Of a DNA stretch of 56,377 nucleotides, positions 1 through 7,186 are shown in pieces; the stretch's first letter is position 1; each line of letters opens with the position of its first letter. This DNA is from a virus: positions 1-56,377 of the IMG/VR virus record IMGVR_UViG_3300024254_000001. One strand, 5' to 3'. The notes under the pieces are model-generated. The model saw only the letters and a list, made by a program, of their open reading frames with translations, made no database searches and was not told where the DNA came from. Made by a program: the position numbers and the translations under genes.

Positions 1-115
1 TAGCCGGAGCCGTAGTCGTAGCCGGAGCCGTAGCCGTAGCCGGAGCCGGAGCCGTAGCCGTCGCCGTAGCCGTAGCCGGAGCCGTCGCCGTCGGCGGAGC
101 CGTCGCCGTCGCCGA
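1..115. repeat. Degenerate hexanucleotide tandem repeat (GCC + GTA/GGA/GTC units), left end
   Basis: About 19 consecutive 6-nt units are visible directly. The same repeat family occurs at 56238-56377. Nt 1-25 are identical to nt 56353-56377. Confidence 0.95.
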
Positions 116-128
116 AATTAAAAGTCAC
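1..128 (-). CDS. 5' part of a Gly-X repeat protein ORF; it continues at the window end if the molecule is circular
   Basis: GTG 128-126 overlaps the TGA 127-125 of the upstream ORF, the same AAGTGA coupling seen at 950, 1162 and 10271. It translates MTFNFGDGDGSADGDGSGYGYGDGYGSGSGYGYGSGYDYGSG. The frame is open to nt 1. Confidence 0.5.
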   Translation of the reverse strand, partial: MTFNFGDGDGSADGDGSGYGYGDGYGSGSGYGYGSGYDYGSG

Positions 129-418
129 TTCCAGCCCTTCACAACTCGCAAAAAGAAAACCACGCGAGCAATAGGAACCAAGACCGTGCCGCAATCATCT
201 GCAACCGTGTCTTTCAATGGACCAGATATAAGCTGTCCCAACCCTTGCAAAGTGCCCCACCTCCTGATGTTTTTGCAGTTATCAATACAAAGCAACCCCT
301 CGCTGATTGAACACTCCCCAACATGAACGAACCCGTTGTCCACAACCACGATCTGCCTGCCTAAATCTTTATTTTGCATAAAGTAAAAAAGCCACACGGC
401 TCTACTGCCGTGGAACAC
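125..418 (-). CDS. Hypothetical early protein (97 aa)
   Basis: ORF in the co-oriented minus block. The sequence looks protein-like (VVVDNGFVHVGE...NIRRWGTLQGLGQL). GTG start. Confidence 0.6.
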   Translation of the reverse strand: MFHGSRAVWLFYFMQNKDLGRQIVVVDNGFVHVGECSISEGLLCIDNCKNIRRWGTLQGLGQLISGPLKDTVADDCGTVLVPIARVVFFLRVVKGWK

Positions 419-490
419 AACCCCGCGTTTTGGGCGGGACAGGGTTTCAAAGACGGTGAACCGCTTACGCTGGCGTTCGAACCGTGTGAC

Positions 491-518
491 TTTCAGATTT
501 CACGTTTCACTTTTCAGT
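491..518. repeat. Four tandem 7-bp units TTTCA[GC]N
   Basis: The units tttcaga tttcacg tttcact tttcagt are read directly. The site shares the 12-mer gatttcacgttt (496-507) with 12755-12766, upstream of the XRE gene. Confidence 0.7.
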
Positions 519-520
519 AA
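507..520 (-). promoter_or_regulatory. Variant copy of the early leader motif (TTACTGAAAAGTGA)
   Basis: Minus-sense TTACTGAAAAGTGA. It overlaps the heptad repeat. Confidence 0.35.
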
Positions 521-953
521 TCAGCCCAAGCTCAAACTGCTCAGGCTTTCCGAACCGCACAGTAAGCTTGCTTCGCGGCCTACCGCAACCGGTTTTATTA
601 CGGACTCGCGGTTTTAATTCAATGCACAAACCGTTGTCAGGAGATAGGTCAAGGTTCTCCGCAACATGGTACCGGCGTTTCAGCCATGCCGTTGCCTCAA
701 ACACGTGCCCAGGCTCAACCACGACCCGGCCCGTGCCCTCATCGCTGGCTGGAGCATCGCAGCCGATGAACCCCGGGCATTGCGCCAAGCTGAGTTGCAT
801 TCTGGCGGAATACTCGCGCCCCTCGCGCTCGCGCTCAGCTTGCGCCCAACGCTCGCGCTCCAGACGCCAAGGATCATCGGACTCTTGCCCGGCGAGATTG
901 AACACCTCACCGGCCCCAGGTAGCTCGAATTGAAGTTTGCGTTTCGCTCTCAC
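507..953 (-). CDS. Hypothetical protein (about 148 aa)
   Basis: The ORF-track entry 507..1007 was trimmed to the GTG at 953-951, which overlaps the upstream TGA (AAGTGA coupling). Confidence 0.6.
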   Translation of the reverse strand: MRAKRKLQFELPGAGEVFNLAGQESDDPWRLERERWAQAEREREGREYSARMQLSLAQCPGFIGCDAPASDEGTGRVVVEPGHVFEATAWLKRRYHVAENLDLSPDNGLCIELKPRVRNKTGCGRPRSKLTVRFGKPEQFELGLITEK

Positions 954-1165
954 TTCGCACCTCCAGGCAGCTTGTAACCGTTCATCGATCCAAATATGGC
1001 CCCACATGGGCAGCGCTTACCTCCGCCAGACAGGGACCACCCGCACCACGGGCAATAGAAATACCACACGATGCTTGAAGGACGCTCCAGCGAAGTACGA
1101 TGCACGGTGTACTTGCGCTTCTCACAAAGCGGATTGCGAGCATCGTTGAATGTGGTTTTCTTCAC
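950..1165 (-). CDS. Small Cys-rich (zinc-ribbon-like) protein, 71 aa
   Basis: Contains CPWCG...CPCG. The GTG start overlaps the upstream TGA. Confidence 0.6.
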   Translation of the reverse strand: MKKTTFNDARNPLCEKRKYTVHRTSLERPSSIVWYFYCPWCGWSLSGGGKRCPCGAIFGSMNGYKLPGGAK

Positions 1166-1341
1166 TTCTGACCTCCCACTTGCTCCAGCAAATGAGCATG
1201 ACGGAATGCAGCCATGACACGATGACGCTCCAGCACGTTTCCCTTCGTCTCGCTCTCAACGGACAATTCAAACTGGCCAACGGCACTATCCCGATACGCT
1301 TTGCGCGTTGCCTTTACCAACGGATCATTCTTTGGATTCAT
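1162..1341 (-). CDS. Small hypothetical protein (59 aa, below the ORF-track cutoff)
   Basis: ATG 1341-1339 lies 6 nt after the TTACTGAAAGGAAA motif. It translates MNPKNDPLVKATRKAYRDSAVGQFELSVESETKGNVLERHRVMAAFRHAHLLEQVGGQK. The stop overlaps the next GTG. Confidence 0.5.
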   Translation of the reverse strand: MNPKNDPLVKATRKAYRDSAVGQFELSVESETKGNVLERHRVMAAFRHAHLLEQVGGQK

Positions 1342-1347
1342 CTAACG

Positions 1348-1361
1348 TTTCCTTTCAGTAA
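1348..1361 (-). promoter_or_regulatory. Early leader motif TTACTGAAAGGAAA
   Basis: Exact 14-mer on the minus strand, 6 nt upstream of ATG 1341. Confidence 0.6.
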
Positions 1362-1469
1362 TTCCCGTCAACGTGATTGCTGACAGGCTCAGTCAAGCAC
1401 ATGCCATTCTTTAGCCCTTTCGGACACGAGCGCCAATTTTTACGCGCCCAGACATGTGCCTGAACGAGA

Positions 1470-1760
1470 TTACTTCGAATCCTTCCACCCCGGATTTTGT
1501 TCGAGCAGTAGAACGCTGCCCGAAACCCACTCCATGATTGGCGTAGTTGCGTTATAGCTGTCCCCGTATTTGCACTTTAACCAGATAGTGCGGGACTGCT
1601 CGCACCAAACAGTTTCCGGCAAATGGTCTAATTGAAACTCCAGCATCTTGCCGTCAGGCAAATGAACCTTGGCCGTGTACTTGCGCGGCTCACCCTGGAG
1701 CACACGCAGTAATTGATTGGCAGTTGATTGACTTGGCACCGTCACAATTTTGTCACTCAT
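1470..1760 (-). CDS. Hypothetical protein (96 aa)
   Basis: ORF preceded by the TTACTGAAAGGAAA motif, 2 nt from the ATG. Confidence 0.65.
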   Translation of the reverse strand: MSDKIVTVPSQSTANQLLRVLQGEPRKYTAKVHLPDGKMLEFQLDHLPETVWCEQSRTIWLKCKYGDSYNATTPIMEWVSGSVLLLEQNPGWKDSK

Positions 1761-1762
1761 AA

Positions 1763-1776
1763 TTTCCTTTCAGTAA
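1763..1776 (-). promoter_or_regulatory. Early leader motif TTACTGAAAGGAAA
   Basis: Exact 14-mer upstream of ATG 1760. Confidence 0.6.
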
Positions 1777-1840
1777 TCCGCTCACGAGACTGTAAGCAGA
1801 GCGGGACCACCGGGGCAACTCGCGCCCGGTGACCCTTGCT

Positions 1841-1993
1841 CTACCGACACTTTGCTTTCGACTCACGCTTGACTATCCGTTGCCACGTTGCCCAGGGACG
1901 GAAGCACCGCAACACTTTCCATTCCCCTTTTGACTTGGGATCAACGTGATAGCTTTTGCACGGCTGACACCAGCGCATTGCCCGAACACTCAT
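1841..1993 (-). CDS. Small Cys-rich ORF (50 aa, below the ORF-track cutoff)
   Basis: ATG 1993-1991 overlaps the TGA 1992-1990 of the upstream gene (ATGA). It translates MSVRAMRWCQPCKSYHVDPKSKGEWKVLRCFRPWATWQRIVKRESKAKCR. Confidence 0.4.
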   Translation of the reverse strand: MSVRAMRWCQPCKSYHVDPKSKGEWKVLRCFRPWATWQRIVKRESKAKCR

Positions 1994-2856
1994 ATTTTGT
2001 ATCCCTCCAATTTCTGGAGAATCGCCGCCGCATCAGTCGCCGCCGCCTTGCGCGTGACGTTCGACTTGCGCAGATGGTCAGGCGCGAGAGTCGCCAGACG
2101 CTCAATCTCTTTCACAAAGGCATCGATCGCCGGGTCACCGGCAATGTTCAGCTTAGGCGCGAGCTTCGCGATCTCTTTCACGTTTCCAACCAGGGAATCC
2201 CGGAAGGTAGGGGAATCCTTACCCTCTTTGGGCGCTTCACTGAGCTTCACCGCCATCGCCTTGACCGGCTCGATCAACCGGCGCATAAGCTCCCGTTGCG
2301 CTTCCTGCATCGCATCCGCAACGCGCATCGTGACGCCCTCCGAATCCACACCCAGGAGGCTCTTAACTGTCCCCTCGAAATGTGCCGCATCCGGCACCGG
2401 CAAAGGCTCAGTCTTGAAGTAGAACGATTCCATGACCTCATCGATCTCCGGGTAATCGCTGGCGTCAAATGTGCCGTTGTGCTCTTGCTTGGCCCACTCA
2501 ATCATTTCCGGGTACTTCGCCTTGAAATGACTGTCCACCAGATTGCGGAACTCACCGGCAAACTGCCGCATCCGATCGCCGTACTCCATTATCAGGGGAG
2601 CGGGGAGGATACCAATGCCAGCGTCAAACGGCAGCGTGACGGCAGCGTGGTACTCACGCGCTTTGTTCACGACCTTTTCAATCGGCTCAAGCGCCCAATC
2701 CGGGAAGCGCGTTTTGACCCACGCACCGGACTTCTGCCCCAGGCCATGCTCAGACTTAACCGACTCGCTGAGCTTGCGATCCTTGCGCGACTTGCCCGGC
2801 ACCCCGGCGCTCATCCGCATTAAAACTGCTCTTTCCGCCAACTTGTATTGCTGCAT
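1990..2856 (-). CDS. Conserved phage/plasmid protein, DUF3150-like (tentative)
   Basis: 288-aa ORF with the leader motif upstream. Overall resemblance to DUF3150-type proteins is from memory only. The antisense ORF 1888..2823 is treated as a shadow. Confidence 0.75.
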   Translation of the reverse strand: MQQYKLAERAVLMRMSAGVPGKSRKDRKLSESVKSEHGLGQKSGAWVKTRFPDWALEPIEKVVNKAREYHAAVTLPFDAGIGILPAPLIMEYGDRMRQFAGEFRNLVDSHFKAKYPEMIEWAKQEHNGTFDASDYPEIDEVMESFYFKTEPLPVPDAAHFEGTVKSLLGVDSEGVTMRVADAMQEAQRELMRRLIEPVKAMAVKLSEAPKEGKDSPTFRDSLVGNVKEIAKLAPKLNIAGDPAIDAFVKEIERLATLAPDHLRKSNVTRKAAATDAAAILQKLEGYKI

Positions 2857-2865
2857 AACTACGTT

Positions 2866-2879
2866 TTTCCTTTCAGTAA
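2866..2879 (-). promoter_or_regulatory. Early leader motif TTACTGAAAGGAAA
   Basis: Exact 14-mer, 9 nt upstream of ATG 2856. Confidence 0.6.
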
Positions 2880-2985
2880 ATCAGCCCTGGACGTTATTGC
2901 CCAGAGCCTCAGTTGCCCGTGAACTTACTTCGAACGAACCCGGTTGAACGCCGTCACCGACGCCCATCGTTCACGAGCAAATGAG

Positions 2986-3102
2986 TCAAGAATTTCGGAG
3001 CTTATCCGCGAGTATAAGCGCACAGGCCCGCTCGTAACGCGCTTTCTCAACTCCAGTATAGTCAAGGTCAGCGGCACCAACAGAAGCGTGAACTTGCTTC
3101 AT
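2986..3102 (-). CDS. Possible small ORF (38 aa)
   Basis: ATG 3102-3100 lies about 50 nt downstream of the bipartite motif at 3152-3176. That spacing matches the other three motif copies. It translates MKQVHASVGAADLDYTGVEKARYERACALILADKLRNS. Confidence 0.3.
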   Translation of the reverse strand: MKQVHASVGAADLDYTGVEKARYERACALILADKLRNS

Positions 3103-3151
3103 TATCTGATACCGCTTGACCACGTTACGCGCCCAGCGCAAACGCCGCCCG

Positions 3152-3176
3152 CCACTAGTGGGGGAGTGTGATGCTT
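3152..3176 (-). promoter_or_regulatory. Bipartite motif AAGCATCAC-N10-TAGTGG
   Basis: Minus-sense CAAGCATCACACTCCCCCACTAGTGG, immediately after the HNH stop codon. Confidence 0.4.
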
Positions 3177-3181
3177 GAGAA

Positions 3182-3613
3182 TTATTGACGATGCTTATAC
3201 TCACGTTTCCAGTTCCTTTCACAAGTGCGGCAACATCGTTGTCCCGTGTCGCGGCGTCTTCTCAGATTGTCCCCAGAAAGAGGATGACCATGCTTGCAAT
3301 GGGATGGATTTTGCAAGGGCGAACGCCGCATGTTTTCCAAATGCGTCACCGCCTCTAAGTGCGATGGACGCACACAGCCTCGATTGCGGCAAATATGGTC
3401 CAATTCCAAACCATCAGGAACCGGCCCGTTGACTTGCTGCCAAGCCCAGCGATGCGCGTAAACATCTAAACCGTTTGCAAAGAACAGAGGATAACCACCG
3501 TCATTGTGTCCACCAGTCCAAAGCCAACAAGACGTTGACAAATTGCGAGAAACACGGCGCACGAAACGCTTGGCAGCAGACTTGAGTTTACGAGGCATAG
3601 ATAACCTCTCCAA
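3182..3613 (-). CDS. HNH homing endonuclease (HNH_3-like)
   Basis: CWLWTGGHNDGGYP...YAHRWAW...LELDHICRNRGCVRPSHLEAVTHLENM is a typical free-standing phage HNH pattern. The start could be ATG 3598. Confidence 0.9.
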   Translation of the reverse strand: MERLSMPRKLKSAAKRFVRRVSRNLSTSCWLWTGGHNDGGYPLFFANGLDVYAHRWAWQQVNGPVPDGLELDHICRNRGCVRPSHLEAVTHLENMRRSPLQNPSHCKHGHPLSGDNLRRRRDTGQRCCRTCERNWKREYKHRQ

Positions 3614-4838
3614 ACGGCGCAGTTGCGTTGCTTCCGTAACAAATCCAGATTACGGGGAACGGAGGCTCTTTGCTGGGGAACTCCCCCATTAAGTCAGTGA
3701 GGATCACCACCGCTTTGGGCTGAGGATTCAACGCCTCGCACCGTTTCAGCACGTCCACGAAGCTTGTCCCGCCGCCCCCGGCAATCTTCCGGTCAATCGC
3801 ATCGCCGACCGTGTATTCCTTTTCCCACAATACCCGGGTGTCGAACCCGATGTCCACCAGCTTGGCCGGGCGCATTTCGTCCAAACAATTCTGCTTCTCA
3901 ACGTGGAACTTGTTGACCAATTCGCCGAACGTTGACCCGGACCAATCCGAGCCGAACACGACCGGCCCCATCTTCTCAGAGCGCAGAGACGGCATGATGA
4001 ACCCGCACCCCTCGAATTCCATGGCCGATGTCAGAAAATCCCAATCATCGGCGCACTGCTCACGCAGCCAGGAACGAAGCACGTCCACCCAATCAATCTT
4101 GGGTTTCACTACGCTATCTACCAGACGCTCCAGACTGCCCGGCAAACTGCCTTGGCCGGATGCGAGCTTGGCCGATTGCAGGAGGGTAGCCGTCCAATCA
4201 TTCTGCAATTGCTTGGGGGATGGTGACCCCGGGGCACCGTTCGCGCCCTTTGGTTTCTCGATTTGGCCAAAAGAGGGCATTGACCCGGGTTTTCCCGTAC
4301 CGGATTGCGCACCATTTGCCCCAGGACGCGTTTTTCCGGACCCTCCGCTACCTCCAGACCCTCCCGGACTTCCACCCTTGCCTTGCGGCTGGCGCGAAGC
4401 GAGACGACCGTAAATCACCTCCTCTGCCAACCCTGAAAACTGGGGGTCAATGCAGTAATCGCTCTCCGGCTTTGGGAAGGGGAACGGATCAGCCAGCTTT
4501 TTGCCGGTCACAATCGCGGCAAACTCTTTCAGCATGAGATTGACCGCGTGATCCGTCGCCTGATTCCAGACGTCCCAATCGGCCCCAACCGGCGCTCTCC
4601 AGAGATGCCCCAGGAGACAATGGCAGACTTCGTGACACAGCACCGTGACCAACTCTTGATCGCTCAGCTTATCGCAGAACGCTGGAGAGAATTTGATCCG
4701 CTCTCCGTCAGTGCAAGCGGTATCGATCTTGTCATCGAATTCCACCGGCAGCTTGGCCACACCCGGCGCAAAGAATGGCACCGTGAACAGTACTCGCATC
4801 TGCGCTTTCTCAATGCGCTTCATTCGAGCAGCGCTCAC
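3588..4838 (-). CDS. DUF2201-type protein: N-terminal HExxH metallopeptidase-like domain, Gly/Ser/Pro linker, C-terminal VWA-like domain
   Basis: Contains HEVCHCLLGH and WNQATDHAVN. The C-terminal part has FGSDWSGST...GGGGTSF...VVILTDLMGE...PVIWI. Confidence 0.85.
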   Translation of the reverse strand: MSAARMKRIEKAQMRVLFTVPFFAPGVAKLPVEFDDKIDTACTDGERIKFSPAFCDKLSDQELVTVLCHEVCHCLLGHLWRAPVGADWDVWNQATDHAVNLMLKEFAAIVTGKKLADPFPFPKPESDYCIDPQFSGLAEEVIYGRLASRQPQGKGGSPGGSGGSGGSGKTRPGANGAQSGTGKPGSMPSFGQIEKPKGANGAPGSPSPKQLQNDWTATLLQSAKLASGQGSLPGSLERLVDSVVKPKIDWVDVLRSWLREQCADDWDFLTSAMEFEGCGFIMPSLRSEKMGPVVFGSDWSGSTFGELVNKFHVEKQNCLDEMRPAKLVDIGFDTRVLWEKEYTVGDAIDRKIAGGGGTSFVDVLKRCEALNPQPKAVVILTDLMGEFPSKEPPFPVIWICYGSNATAPFGEVIYAS

Positions 4839-5038
4839 CGCTTTGCCCTCCGGAGCAAGCGATTGTACTTGGCAGCAAACACTTTGAACGCAGGTCTGTT
4901 CATGAGCGATCTTGTTGCGTCTCCAAACTGAACCACATCGCGTGTCGCTGGACGCGCTCCGTTAGCCACATCTATCTTTTGAGCAGCACGCGCCCGAGCC
5001 TTCCAGTAACGGATTTTACGCTTAAACTTCTCAGTCAT
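4835..5038 (-). CDS. Small basic protein (67 aa)
   Basis: ATG 5038-5036 lies 4 nt after the leader motif. The stop overlaps the VWA start. The longer 4835..5284 version overlaps the ATPase gene and was rejected. Confidence 0.5.
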   Translation of the reverse strand: MTEKFKRKIRYWKARARAAQKIDVANGARPATRDVVQFGDATRSLMNRPAFKVFAAKYNRLLRRAKR

Positions 5039-5042
5039 AACT

Positions 5043-5056
5043 TTTCCTTTCAGTAT
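5043..5056 (-). promoter_or_regulatory. Early leader motif (ATACTGAAAGGAAA)
   Basis: 13/14 match to the consensus, upstream of ATG 5038. Confidence 0.55.
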
Positions 5057-5097
5057 TCCGATCATCACCACGATAACCAGAGCGACATCATCGCCGC

Positions 5098-5123
5098 CCA
5101 CTAATGAGCGCACGATGATGCTT
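5098..5123 (-). promoter_or_regulatory. Bipartite motif AAGCATCAT-N11-TAGTGG within an imperfect hairpin (5078-5129)
   Basis: Minus-sense CAGAGCAAGCATCATCGTGCGCTCATTAGTGGGCGGCGATGATGTCGCTCTG. It lies just after the ATPase stop codon. Confidence 0.4.
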
Positions 5124-5135
5124 GCTCTGACGACC

Positions 5136-6188
5136 TTATGACGCCGCCGACATGACATCTTTCCCGTCACTGGAACAACTCCAGGCGGTAAAATCCCGGC
5201 TGGCATGAATTGGCTTGTGACCTTTGGGCAGCGTACCAGCCTTTTGACGAGCCGACTCAGCTTTGACGGCATCGCGAATCGCATAGGCCCGGAACATTTG
5301 CGGCAACCGATTAAGGTACTTCACCGCCTGCCCGAATGTCCCCGAATCCATTCGAGACGCTAGCGCCATGCTCACCAGGAACCTTGCACTTGGGTTCTCC
5401 GGCACCGGACTACCCTCCGGATCAATCAGACACGCGTTGACGTCTGGAAGCTCACTTATCAGCGCTCGAAACGCCAAGTAAGCAGTTGCCCGGCCCTTGC
5501 CAACGCATCCAGCCAGCACCTCAGCGTCATCGAACCCGTCATTGATCCATTCCGCCACATATTCCCAACCCCGGGGACACGCGCCGTCAATCGTGATGGA
5601 CTTGCTAGGTTTCCAATCATGCAGCGCATCCGGGGAATTCCTCAGATACGCCAGCAAGTCACTTGGCCAGCCTTTGCTCAGCCCATACGTGATCACATCG
5701 TCAATGTGCGTCTCAATTTCCACAATCGTGTGGAACCGCGATTTAAGAGGCTCAATCAGCCCTTGCACGTCAGCCCCATGGCCGACATCGTTTGTGTCCG
5801 CCCCGAACACCACGAACTCCGGCAACACCCGATTATCGATCTGCCCGAACTGGACCAAATCCACAATCGCTTTCAGCGTCTCACCGTTCGCCATGCCCAG
5901 GTCACGGAAATGCAGCAGCGTTGGACGAGTCGCCCGAAACGCACGCGCCACGCCGTCAAACAGAGCGTGACTCGCATCGCCGCCCTCCTCAACCGGTGGA
6001 CGGGGATACCCGCCGATCTTCACCGGTGATTGTGTAGGGGAGCACACCCCAATGTAATCCATGCCGACCGCTTGAGCCGACCGCATGAATTCAAACGTTT
6101 TGCCGACTCCAGGCTTGCCCTTGGCCAGCACCCGTTTGTGTTTACGCAAGGCACGTTCATAAAACGCGCCGAATTCTCCAATTCTCAC
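5136..6188 (-). CDS. MoxR/AAA_5-like AAA+ ATPase
   Basis: Walker A GKPGVGKT. The start was moved to GTG 6188-6186, 4 nt after the leader motif; the ORF-track ATG at 6221 would include the motif itself. Confidence 0.85.
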   Translation of the reverse strand: MRIGEFGAFYERALRKHKRVLAKGKPGVGKTFEFMRSAQAVGMDYIGVCSPTQSPVKIGGYPRPPVEEGGDASHALFDGVARAFRATRPTLLHFRDLGMANGETLKAIVDLVQFGQIDNRVLPEFVVFGADTNDVGHGADVQGLIEPLKSRFHTIVEIETHIDDVITYGLSKGWPSDLLAYLRNSPDALHDWKPSKSITIDGACPRGWEYVAEWINDGFDDAEVLAGCVGKGRATAYLAFRALISELPDVNACLIDPEGSPVPENPSARFLVSMALASRMDSGTFGQAVKYLNRLPQMFRAYAIRDAVKAESARQKAGTLPKGHKPIHASRDFTAWSCSSDGKDVMSAAS

Positions 6189-6192
6189 TATG

Positions 6193-6206
6193 TTTCCTTT
6201 CAGTAA
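6193..6206 (-). promoter_or_regulatory. Early leader motif TTACTGAAAGGAAA
   Basis: Exact 14-mer upstream of GTG 6188. Confidence 0.6.
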
Positions 6207-6232
6207 CCACGTATCAGTCATTTGATACGCTT

Positions 6233-6257
6233 CTACTATCCGCCCAGCGTGATGCTT
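6233..6257 (-). promoter_or_regulatory. Bipartite motif AAGCATCAC-N10-TAGTAG
   Basis: Minus-sense CTATCCGCAAGCATCACGCTGGGCGGATAGTAG. CTATCCGC/GCGGATAG can also pair as an 8-bp stem. Confidence 0.4.
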
Positions 6258-6275
6258 GCGGATAGGTGAAGCAGA

Positions 6276-6647
6276 TCAGACCGATTCGGCCTTTGAAATT
6301 GCGGCACGGGCTTTGTCCAACGCACTTTGCTGCGCCGCCGTACGTCCCTTGTTCTTGTCCGGCATCCCGTTCACGGTGACACAATACCGCAGAACACCCC
6401 GCAACGATTCGAGAAGGTCATTCTGCTTGCGTTTGACCCTCTCTTTCAGATACGCCAAGCACCCGCATTCCGGACATTCCCCCACCGGCACCTCGCAACC
6501 AGGATCGATGCGTTCGAACAGATTTTCAACCCCGCCCAACCCCTCGGGAATGTCCGATTCATGCCCCTCCCAATCACAACCGCCGCCGCATTCACAGGGA
6601 CGATCCACGGGAGCCGAAGCAACGACTTTAGCAGTTTGTTTGCTCAT
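6276..6647 (-). CDS. Cys-rich hypothetical protein (123 aa)
   Basis: Contains CECGGGCDWEGH...CEVPVGECPECGC. A leader-motif variant lies upstream. Confidence 0.7.
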   Translation of the reverse strand: MSKQTAKVVASAPVDRPCECGGGCDWEGHESDIPEGLGGVENLFERIDPGCEVPVGECPECGCLAYLKERVKRKQNDLLESLRGVLRYCVTVNGMPDKNKGRTAAQQSALDKARAAISKAESV

Positions 6648-6655
6648 AACTTCGA

Positions 6656-6669
6656 TTCTCTTTCAGTAA
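6656..6669 (-). promoter_or_regulatory. Early leader motif variant (TTACTGAAAGAGAA)
   Basis: 12/14 match, 8 nt upstream of ATG 6647. Confidence 0.5.
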
Positions 6670-6735
6670 ACGACTACCGGAATTGATAGCCGAGAGGGAT
6701 GCACCACGCAAGGCGATGCGTCACGCTCGATTCCA

Positions 6736-6885
6736 TCAGCCCTCCAACACCTCCACCCGCACAGCCAGCCCGCGCCGAAACGTCTCACGCGCTGCCATCC
6801 GATCAGCCTCATCGCGCTGCCCAAGATTGAAATACGCAATCGCAATCCAATGCACCCCGTCAAGCGTCACGCTCAGACGAATCAC
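6736..6885 (-). CDS. Possible small ORF (49 aa)
   Basis: GTG 6885-6883 overlaps the TGA 6884-6882 of the upstream ORF. It translates VIRLSVTLDGVHWIAIAYFNLGQRDEADRMAARETFRRGLAVRVEVLEG. Confidence 0.35.
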   Translation of the reverse strand: MIRLSVTLDGVHWIAIAYFNLGQRDEADRMAARETFRRGLAVRVEVLEG

Positions 6886-7076
6886 AGCCCACCTCCAATC
6901 CCATTCAACGGCGCATGCCACATCAGCCAGTCATTCAACGTCACACGCTTGTTCCGCTCAGCACCCCATCCACCCGCGTTAAACGGCTTGAAACTCATCA
7001 CCGCACTCCGCACCCATTTACGGAAGCTCACCGCTTCCACCACAAACCCAAACTCAAACTGTCCTTGATTTTTCAT
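6882..7076 (-). CDS. Hypothetical protein (64 aa), first gene of the leftward early block
   Basis: ATG 7076-7074 is preceded by the motif variant. The longer 7175 start would cover the promoter-like motif. Confidence 0.5.
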   Translation of the reverse strand: MKNQGQFEFGFVVEAVSFRKWVRSAVMSFKPFNAGGWGAERNKRVTLNDWLMWHAPLNGIGGGL

Positions 7077-7082
7077 ATATCG

Positions 7083-7096
7083 TTCTCTATCAGTAT
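7083..7096 (-). promoter_or_regulatory. Early leader motif variant (ATACTGATAGAGAA)
   Basis: 10/14 match, 6 nt upstream of ATG 7076. Confidence 0.4.
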
Positions 7097-7143
7097 TTAC
7101 GTTGACCGCATGTAACTCTCGCGCACCATGCACAAGCCTTACA

Positions 7144-7165
7144 CCATACCCAACCCGTGATGCTT
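7144..7165 (-). promoter_or_regulatory. Bipartite motif AAGCATCAC-N8-TATGGT in the divergent intergenic region
   Basis: Minus-sense GAAGCATCACGGGTTGGGTATGGT, about 68 nt upstream of ATG 7076. Confidence 0.35.
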
Positions 7166-7186
7166 CACGTACCAATCATTCCCTGC

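Noticed and set aside
1-115. Terminal hexamer repeats as a CRISPR array, attL/attR of an integrated prophage, or host flanking DNA
   Set aside because: The units are 6 nt with no spacers, so this is not CRISPR. The ends overlap exactly (25 nt) and an ORF reads through in frame. No integrase or host-type genes are present. Circular closure or terminal redundancy is the simpler reading.
421-500. tRNA-like TTCGAAC box (about 465-475), plus other GTTCGAA/GTTCAAA boxes at about 13300, 24381 and 46600
   Set aside because: The flanking bases do not form a T-arm stem or a cloverleaf when folded by eye. No tRNA is called, but tRNAscan-SE should confirm.
1888-2823. 311-aa plus-strand ORF opposite the DUF3150-like gene. 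Similar long antisense ORFs occur at 15634-16224, 19401-20057, 20930-21856, 23151-23960, 40112-40783, 44677-45372 and 45487-46173.
   Set aside because: All are embedded antisense to better-supported genes. Their translations are Arg/Leu/His-rich and low in complexity, and they break the operon strand logic. Treated as shadow ORFs.
6663-6863. 66-aa minus-strand ORF (Trp/Arg/Cys-rich)
   Set aside because: The composition is implausible, and it overlaps the better-placed GTGA-coupled ORF 6736-6885 in another frame.
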